A stretch of DNA of 64,000 nt from Vicinamibacteria bacterium (GTDB lineage: Bacteria > Acidobacteriota > Vicinamibacteria > Vicinamibacterales > JAENWD01). The stretch is taken from contig CAWCNI010000004.1 in NCBI GenBank assembly GCA_963796915.1, positions 130,758-194,757 on the forward strand. The letters run 5' to 3'. Shown piece after piece: positions 55,846 through 64,000 of this stretch (the stretch's first letter is position 1; each line of letters begins with the position of its first letter). The position numbers and the translations under genes were made by a program. A model generated the notes under the pieces. The model was not told the origin of the DNA. It did no database searches and saw only the letters and a program-made list of their open reading frames with translations.

Positions 55846-56211
55846 CTACCGCCGTTCCAGAAGCTCGAGTCGATTTCCGAAGGGGTCGAGCACGTAGACG
55901 CGGTCGAATCCCTCGAGCGGTTCGTCGGAAATCGGCGGAAAACCGGCGGCGAGGCAACGCGCCGTCAGTTCGGAGAGGCCCGTCACCAGGATCGCAGGGT
56001 GGGCTTTTCCCGCAGGATGAAAGTTCGGATCGACGCCGAGGTGCAGCCGCAGCGCTCCGCCGCGGAACCACACACCGCCTCTCGCGGCAAGATTGGCGGG
56101 CTTGGCCTCCTCGATCAATCCCAGAACGCCCGAATAGAACGCGCGCGCCGCCGCTTCCTGGCCGGCCGGCATCGCGAGTTGGACATGATCGAGACCGATG
56201 ATGTCAGGCAC
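55846..56211 (-). CDS. VOC-family (glyoxalase/bleomycin-resistance fold) protein
   Basis: 121 aa. The N-terminus GLDHVQLAMPAG...ARAFYSGVLGL and the C-terminus YVLDPFGNRLELL are typical of the VOC fold. Confidence 0.82.
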   Translation of the reverse strand: MPDIIGLDHVQLAMPAGQEAAARAFYSGVLGLIEEAKPANLAARGGVWFRGGALRLHLGVDPNFHPAGKAHPAILVTGLSELTARCLAAGFPPISDEPLEGFDRVYVLDPFGNRLELLERR

Positions 56212-56947
56212 AGGGCGCCCCAGCTTTCCTTGCCCACACGCCGAATATCAACTCCCAGACAGCCGTCGTATTCGCGCTGATGCGCTCGGCGGTGAGGCGC
56301 TGCTCGAGGCTCTCGAGATCGATCTCGTGCTCTGTCGCAACGCCGTGACCGACGATGCGAGGCCGCATCGCGCGGACGATGGCGGCGGCGGGGTGAGCGA
56401 TTGTCGGCGAGACGACGACAGCTTCGGCGCGGAGCCCTTCGACGACGAACCCTGCCTGCGCGAGGGCAGTGGCGAGGCCGAAGCCCATATGGACGTCGGC
56501 GCCTTCGCGCGCGACGGTGTCCCAGATCCAGCTTCGCACGCGCCAGTGGAGGGGCAGCGACTCCTGCAGTCCCGGCACGGCTGTCGAGTCGTGCTCCTGG
56601 AACACTGCCAGACCACCAGCGCGCAGCACCCGCGCGACACGGAGAAGCGTCTCGATAGCGTCCGGCTGGTACATCAGCACGCGGCGGCCAACGACAGCGT
56701 CGAACTGTTCATTCAGGGACAGGGCGTCGAGTGCCATTTCGAGGAACTCGACGTGTGAGAGACCAAGCGCCCGTGCGCGCTCGCGCGCGACTTCCAGGGA
56801 CCGGGCATCGCGATCGACGCCGACGACGCGCCCGTTCGGGCCGACCAGCGCCGCAAGCATGACCGCGACGTCGCCGCTGCCGCAGCCGGCATCCAGCACC
56901 CGCATGCCAGGCCCGATTCCGGCGTCAACCAGCAGCCGCTCTGTCAT
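56204..56947 (-). CDS. class I SAM-dependent methyltransferase
   Basis: 247 aa with motif I VLDAGCGSGDVAVMLA and post-I VVGVDRD. It overlaps the VOC gene start by 8 nt. Confidence 0.85.
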   Translation of the reverse strand: MTERLLVDAGIGPGMRVLDAGCGSGDVAVMLAALVGPNGRVVGVDRDARSLEVARERARALGLSHVEFLEMALDALSLNEQFDAVVGRRVLMYQPDAIETLLRVARVLRAGGLAVFQEHDSTAVPGLQESLPLHWRVRSWIWDTVAREGADVHMGFGLATALAQAGFVVEGLRAEAVVVSPTIAHPAAAIVRAMRPRIVGHGVATEHEIDLESLEQRLTAERISANTTAVWELIFGVWARKAGAPCA

Positions 56948-56990
56948 GGCCAGTCGCCTCGTGACCCGTCGACCCGATGCGCGTGAGGAT

Positions 56991-57164
56991 GGCCGAACTA
57001 AAGTTCGGCCCTACAGATGTCTCTGGAAATGAAAACGGGCGGCCAGGATGTCCCAGCCGCCCGCAAGTTCGATACTTCCCGTAGCCCGTAGCCCGTAGCC
57101 CGTAGCCCGTAGCCCGTAGCCCGTAGCCCGTAGCCCGTAGCCCGTAGCCCGTAGCCCGTAGCCC
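56991..57164. repeat. REP variant (56991..57014) plus (CCCGTAG)x12 heptamer array (57078..57161)
   Basis: The REP variant is GGCCGAACTAAAGTTCGGCCCTAC. I counted twelve perfect CCCGTAG units by hand (84 nt). They lie between the radical SAM stop and the methyltransferase start. Confidence 0.92.
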
Positions 57165-57167
57165 GCC

Positions 57168-59243
<2,076 letters not shown>

Positions 59244-59392
59244 CGTGATGACTCTCCTCAGAGGCGACGGCAACTCTTTCTGTATCAGCAAATTGTAGCC
59301 AGTGGCGGCGTCAATGGGGCATCTTTCCGCCAACGGGCCGCCCGGCGGCCCCAGCGGGCACAGGCGCCGCCGAACGGTCAAATCGGACCGAA

Positions 59393-61594
59393 TCAGTCCT
59401 CTTTCGTCGGGGCGGCGGCCGGGGCCTCCGGCTCGTCGTACTCCGGCAGGTTCTTGCCGAGGAGCCACTTCTCGAACCAGTTATTGAGGTGCCGCAGCCT
59501 GTCGATCCGGTGCCACGGCTGCCCCGACCGCGACAGCTCGTGGCTCTCATTGGGCACGCGGATCATCACCGTCGGCACGTGCCGCAGTTTCAGCGCACGG
59601 AACATCGCCTCGCCACCAGCCACCGGCGGCGTCCGGTAGTCGGCGTCGCCGTCGATGAACATCATCGGCGTCGTGATCCGGTCAGCGTAGGTAATCGGCG
59701 ATCGCGCGGCGTAGTCTGCACGGTCGTCCCACGGGGCCTTCTCGAACCACCGCGGCAGAAAGAGCGTGAAGTCGGCCGCGTACCACCAGGCCTCCCAGTC
59801 GGCGATCGAGCGCTGCGACACCGCCGCGCGAAACCGGGTGGTGTGCCCGACGATCCAGTTCGTCAGCAGACCGCCGCCGCTGCCGCCGGTGACACCCAGC
59901 TTCGACGCGTCGACGAAGCCGCGGCTCACGATCTCGTCGACGCCCTTCATCAGGTCCTGGTAGTCGTCGCCAGGGTAGTGGTACTGGATCACGTTGGCGA
60001 AGTCGCCGCCGTAGGTCGTGCTGCCGCGCGGGTTGATGTAGAGCACGACGTAGCCGCGCGCGGCCTGGCTCAGGAACTCGTGCGTGAAGGCGTAGCCGTA
60101 TGCGGCGTGCGGTCCGCCGTGAATCTGCAGCACGAGCGGGTACTTCTTCGACTGGTCGAAGCCGGGCGGCGTGAGATACCAGCCCTCGATCCGGCGGCCG
60201 TCAAACGACGTGAACCAGAACTCGTGCGGCTCCGGCAGCTCCAGCGTGTCGAAGCGCGCCTTGTTCATCGCGGTGACGCGGCGGGGCGCGGCGTCCGGCG
60301 ATGTCCGCGGCGGCCCGACGAAGATGTCGCCGATGTTCGTCGGCGAGGCGACCAGCGCCGCCAGCGACTGCCGGTCGCGGCTGGCAGTGAAGCCCTGGGT
60401 TTCGTGGCCGCCGGAGGTGATCTCGGTGACAGCGCCGGAAGCGACATCCACGCGAATCACATTGGACCGGCCCTCGCGCGCTGAAATCACCAGCAGCGAA
60501 CGCCCGTCCCGGTCCCAGATCGGCGCCGTCGACGACCTGCCGCGCGGCGACCGCTGGTCCCCCGTGAGCGCCTCGCCGATGCCGCCGTCGTAGCTCGCCG
60601 TCAGGTTTCGCACTTCGCCGCCGGGGAGGTCGAGCACGAACAGATCGCTCTCGGTATACGACCGCGTCGGCAGGACGTCCGCCGCGCCGACAAAGGCGAG
60701 GCGCTTGCCGTCCGGCGACGGGCTCAGATCGTCGGCGGTGCCGTGAATCGTCGCGACCAGCCGAGGCTCGGCAGCGCCGTCGGTCGCGTACAGCAGGACC
60801 TTCGGCGGCGTGAAGTCAGTCTCTTCGACATCCCGCGACGTGAAGAACAGCGTCCGCCCGTCCGCCGAGAACGCCGGCTCCTCCTCGACGATACGGCGGC
60901 CCGGAAGCGGGACGCCGTCGGAGGGCTCGAGGCCCTCGGACGGCAGATTCACCAGGAAGATCCGCGCGCGCCGCGACGTGTCCCGATAGCCCTGGCCATT
61001 GGACCGGAATGCCGCGCGAGTGATCACACGTACGTCGCTTGGCTTGGGGCGGCCGGGCTCTGCCGCCAGCTTCGGCCCGGCGACATCACTCACGACGGCG
61101 AGCGCACGCCCGTCCGGACGCCACACATAGTCGTTCACGCCCTCCGCCAGCCTGGTGAGGAGCCGGGCTTCGCCGCCGCCCCGCATGTCGAGCGCCACGA
61201 CCTGCGTCGACTTCTCTCCGTCACGCTCGAACGTTCGCAGGAAGGCCAGCCGCGTGCCGTCGGGCGACCAGCGCGGCGTGGTGTCAGCGGGGCCTCCGGT
61301 CACCGCTCGAGGCGCTGACGATCCGTCGGCCGGCACGATCCACAGCTGCGAGGCGTATCGGTCGTGCTCGCGGTCGACAGTCACTCTGACCATGGCGACT
61401 GTCGACCCATCAGGCGACATCTGTGGGTCCGCCAGCCACACGAAGTCGAGCAGGTCGAGATCGGTCATCGGCCTGCGCGGCGCCGCCGCCTGCGCGAGTG
61501 CGGCAACGCCCGGGACGCCCGGCACCATGCCACTGTCGGACGCGAGTGCCACCATGACAGATAAAAAGACCGCACCGCTGAACGCCGATCGCAT
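59393..61594 (-). CDS. S9-family serine peptidase (beta-propeller plus prolyl-oligopeptidase/acylaminoacyl-peptidase catalytic domain)
   Basis: 733 aa from ATG 61594 (the track ORF begins at TTG 61603). It has a signal-like N-terminus and TolB-like repeats (SPDG.., [10 protein letters not shown]). The catalytic domain carries GVTGGSGGG (GxSxG) and ...DGDADYRTP... HE. Confidence 0.88.
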   Translation of the reverse strand: MRSAFSGAVFLSVMVALASDSGMVPGVPGVAALAQAAAPRRPMTDLDLLDFVWLADPQMSPDGSTVAMVRVTVDREHDRYASQLWIVPADGSSAPRAVTGGPADTTPRWSPDGTRLAFLRTFERDGEKSTQVVALDMRGGGEARLLTRLAEGVNDYVWRPDGRALAVVSDVAGPKLAAEPGRPKPSDVRVITRAAFRSNGQGYRDTSRRARIFLVNLPSEGLEPSDGVPLPGRRIVEEEPAFSADGRTLFFTSRDVEETDFTPPKVLLYATDGAAEPRLVATIHGTADDLSPSPDGKRLAFVGAADVLPTRSYTESDLFVLDLPGGEVRNLTASYDGGIGEALTGDQRSPRGRSSTAPIWDRDGRSLLVISAREGRSNVIRVDVASGAVTEITSGGHETQGFTASRDRQSLAALVASPTNIGDIFVGPPRTSPDAAPRRVTAMNKARFDTLELPEPHEFWFTSFDGRRIEGWYLTPPGFDQSKKYPLVLQIHGGPHAAYGYAFTHEFLSQAARGYVVLYINPRGSTTYGGDFANVIQYHYPGDDYQDLMKGVDEIVSRGFVDASKLGVTGGSGGGLLTNWIVGHTTRFRAAVSQRSIADWEAWWYAADFTLFLPRWFEKAPWDDRADYAARSPITYADRITTPMMFIDGDADYRTPPVAGGEAMFRALKLRHVPTVMIRVPNESHELSRSGQPWHRIDRLRHLNNWFEKWLLGKNLPEYDEPEAPAAAPTKED

Positions 61595-61652
61595 GGTGAC
61601 CAAGCTCTCCTTCCTGCCGAGCTGGCAGCGGCCTCACGGTATCATCGAATGC

Positions 61653-62644
61653 ATGTCGGTTCTCGATCTGCTCATCGTCGGCGCCGGGCCTTCGGGACTG
61701 GCGACGGCGATTGCCGCGCGCCAGGCGGGCTTCTCGTGCGAAGTGCTGGAGAAGGGCGTCCTGGTCAATTCGATTTTTCACTTCCCGATGCACATGGTGT
61801 TCTTCACCACGCCGGAGCTGCTGGAGATCGGCGGCCTCCCGCTGGTGACGCCGTACGACAAGCCGACGCGGATCGAAGCGCTGCGCTATTACCGGCGCGT
61901 GGCGGAGAAGTTCGAACTGCCGATGACGTTCGGCGAGCAGGTGCAGGGGCTGCGACAGGAAGCAGGAGCCGACGGGCCGGTGCTGGTCGTCCGGACGACG
62001 GGGCCGCGCGGCGAGAGCGAACGCCGGGCACGCGCGGTGGTGCTGGCGATTGGCTACTACGATCATCCGAACCGGCTGAACGTGCCCGGCGAGGACTTGC
62101 CGCACGTCTCGCACTACTACCACGAGGCCCACAGCGCCTATCGTCAGCGCGTGGTCATCGTCGGCGGCAAGAACTCGGCGGCCGAAACCGCGCTCGAGCT
62201 GCACCGCGCCGGTGCCTCAGTGACGCTGGTCCATCGCCGTGCGACGCTCGGCGCGTCGATCAGTACTGGGTGAAGCCGGACATCGAGAACCGCATCGCGG
62301 AAGGCTCGATTGCCGCGCGCTTCGAGAGCCGCATCGTGGAGATCACGCCGGAGGCTGTCGTCATCGAACATCGCAATGGCCGCGAGTCGCTTCCCGCCGA
62401 CAAGGTGTTCCTGCTGACGGGATATCACGCCGACAACGACCTGCTGCGCGCGTGCGGCCTCGACATCGACGAGCACACTGGCGTTCCCGTGCACGACCCG
62501 TCGACGCTTGAATCGAATGTCCCCAATGTCTTCCTGGCGGGCGGAGTGCTGGCAGGGAAGGACACGGCGCCGATCTTCATCGAGAACGGCAGGTTTCACG
62601 GGGAGCGGATTATCAAGATGCTGCAGGAGCGAGTGAAGCAGTAG
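61653..62644 (+). pseudogene. YpdA-like FAD/NAD(P)-binding pyridine-nucleotide disulfide oxidoreductase, frame broken by a 1-nt deletion at ~62262
   Basis: Frame A (ATG 61653) reads [19 protein letters not shown]...[17 protein letters not shown]...[14 protein letters not shown] and then stops prematurely at 62271. Frame B continues (K)[16 protein letters not shown]...VFLAGGV... to 62644. Joined length is ~331 aa. Confidence 0.78.
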
Positions 62645-62666
62645 ACCGGGCTCAGGTCGAACGATT

Positions 62667-62821
62667 GGCCAATCTAAAGATTGGCCCCACCGCTGCCAGG
62701 ATTAGCCTACCGCCACTGGCCAATCTAAAGATTGGCCCTACCGGACCCGGGATTGGCCCTACCGGACCCGGGATTGGCCCTACCGGACCCGGGATTGGCC
62801 CTATCGCGACCAGGATTGGGC
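62667..62821. repeat. two REP variants followed by 3.8 tandem 21-nt units made of the REP right half
   Basis: The REP variants are GGCCAATCTAAAGATTGGCCCCAC (62667..62690) and GGCCAATCTAAAGATTGGCCCTAC (62718..62741). The unit CGGACCCGGGATTGGCCCTAC then occurs three times (62742..62804), followed by a partial unit to 62821. The last units overlap the stop and C-terminus of the LON-domain gene. Confidence 0.88.
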
Positions 62822-63445
62822 TAGTGTTTCCCGCCCGACGCCGACGTTGCCCATCATCGCCTTCATCTCCAGGAGATCGCAGAGCGCTGATGCGCGGGGT
62901 TGGAGGCCGTCCACTTCGAGCAGCGCCTGCTTCTCGAGGGCGTCGAAGTCCATGTACTGCGCGAGCGCGTGGACGAAATCAGCGTCGCTCATCGACGGCG
63001 GCACTGACAGCTCCTTGCCGGCGCGTTCGACCATCGCGTTGACCTGCGTCTCGAGCCGCTGGCGAAGCGATCGCAGCGCCAGCGCGTCGTCCACGCGCGG
63101 CTCGGTCAGGCGCTCGACGGTGGCCACCCGGTAGCTGCGCGAGCGGTCCTCGGCGGTCACCCTGAAACGCTCCATGCCCTGCAGGACGATGTTGAAGCGG
63201 CCGTCATCGATGCGTTCGGCGTGTGTGATGAGGCCGGCGCACCCGACCGGATAGATCGGCGGCGCCTGCTCGTACTCGGCCTCGTGTCCCGGCTTGAGCA
63301 GGGCCATGCCGATCATGCGATCGGTGTCGAGGGCGTCGCGGACCAGCGCCCGGTAGCGTGGCTCGAAGATGTGCAGCGGCAGGTACACGCCGGGAAACAG
63401 CACGACGTTCGGAAGGGGAAACAGCGGCAGCGTCGCGGGAAACAT
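62801..63445 (-). CDS. LON substrate-binding (Lon N-terminal) domain protein
   Basis: 214 aa. The N-terminus LPLFPLPNVVLFPGVYLPLHIFEPRYRALV is typical of stand-alone LON-N domain proteins. Confidence 0.85.
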   Translation of the reverse strand: MFPATLPLFPLPNVVLFPGVYLPLHIFEPRYRALVRDALDTDRMIGMALLKPGHEAEYEQAPPIYPVGCAGLITHAERIDDGRFNIVLQGMERFRVTAEDRSRSYRVATVERLTEPRVDDALALRSLRQRLETQVNAMVERAGKELSVPPSMSDADFVHALAQYMDFDALEKQALLEVDGLQPRASALCDLLEMKAMMGNVGVGRETLAQSWSR

Positions 63446-63452
63446 GCCGGCG

Positions 63453-64000
63453 TCAGTGGATCGTGCGCGTCTTCTTGTCCAGGTAGTCCATCAACACGTA
63501 TTCGCCGAGCGTGTACGGCGTCGTGAAGTACGCCTTGCCCTTGCAGATTTCGGCGACGCGGCGGACAAATGCCATGAGGTCGTAGTCGCGGGCCAGCATG
63601 AACGTGTTGATCATGATGTTGGCCTTGCGGCAGTTGGCCACTTCGCGCAGCGTCTCTGTCACCACCAGCGGATCGAGGCCGAAGGCGTTCCGGTAGATGC
63701 GGCCGTCGGGCTGCGTCAGCGCCGACGGCTTGCCGTCGGTGATCATGACGATCTGCCGCATGTCCTTCTTCTGCCGCTCGAGAATCCTGCGCGCCAGCCG
63801 GAGCCCCTCGCGGGTGTTCGTGTAGTACGGGCCGACCTGGACGCGACCGAGCTCGGCCAGCGGCACTTCCTCGGCCGAGTCGTGAAACAGCACCAGGTTC
63901 AGGCTGTCGCCGGGATACTGCCGGCGGATCAGCTGCGACAGCGCGAGCGCGACGCGCTTGGCCGGCGTGAACCGATCCTCGCCGTACAGGATCATGCTGT
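63453..64000 (-). CDS. VWA-domain protein (CoxE-like), 5' end beyond the window
   Basis: The ORF stays open upstream of the listed Met at 63995. The preceding in-frame codon encodes Ser, consistent with a MIDAS DxSxS motif lying just outside the window. ...[10 protein letters not shown] is typical of VWA domains. Confidence 0.75.
   Translation of the reverse strand, partial: SMILYGEDRFTPAKRVALALSQLIRRQYPGDSLNLVLFHDSAEEVPLAELGRVQVGPYYTNTREGLRLARRILERQKKDMRQIVMITDGKPSALTQPDGRIYRNAFGLDPLVVTETLREVANCRKANIMINTFMLARDYDLMAFVRRVAEICKGKAYFTTPYTLGEYVLMDYLDKKTRTIH

Noticed and set aside
57078-57164. Heptamer arrays (also 24446..24475 and 31948..32000) considered as CRISPR arrays
   Set aside because: The period is 7 nt with no spacers and no cas genes. 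These are microsatellites, not CRISPR.

Overview
This is a high-G+C (by eye about two thirds G+C), gene-dense bacterial chromosomal segment with roughly 50 protein genes on both strands. I could not recognise any rRNA, tRNA, CRISPR array, transposase, integrase or phage gene. The content is housekeeping and nutrient scavenging. It includes a nucleoside salvage cluster (pdp, nupC, PNP, cdd) next to mtnA and tsaD, and a sensor kinase with a sigma-54 (NtrC-type) activator. It also includes an APC permease, a double ABC-2 locus (2 ATPases, 2 permeases, 1 anchored protein) and peptidases of families M28, M14, M3/PepF and S9. There are three tandem ~1000-aa CarboxypepD_reg/TonB-dependent-receptor-like outer-membrane proteins. 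Other genes encode a thiolase, GH3, GH29, folE, an ArsB/NhaD transporter, a UdgX-type uracil-DNA glycosylase, and a 691-aa multi-cysteine radical SAM enzyme whose layout recalls archaeal tetraether synthase (Tes/GDGT-MAS). The TBDR-like triplet and the repeat families suggest an Acidobacteriota-like source, but that is inference only. Two window-wide patterns stand out. First, almost every larger intergenic gap is filled by one REP/REPIN family (GTAG plus the 20-nt palindrome GGCCGATCTTTAGATCGGCC), by heptamer microsatellites and, twice, by ~430-520-bp palindromic repeat modules. Second, six otherwise intact conserved genes are interrupted by single-nucleotide indels, which looks more like consensus error than real decay. 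Many long ORFs in the supplied track are antisense or out-of-frame artefacts of high G+C and were rejected. All family calls come from motifs read by eye and remembered family signatures, not from searches.
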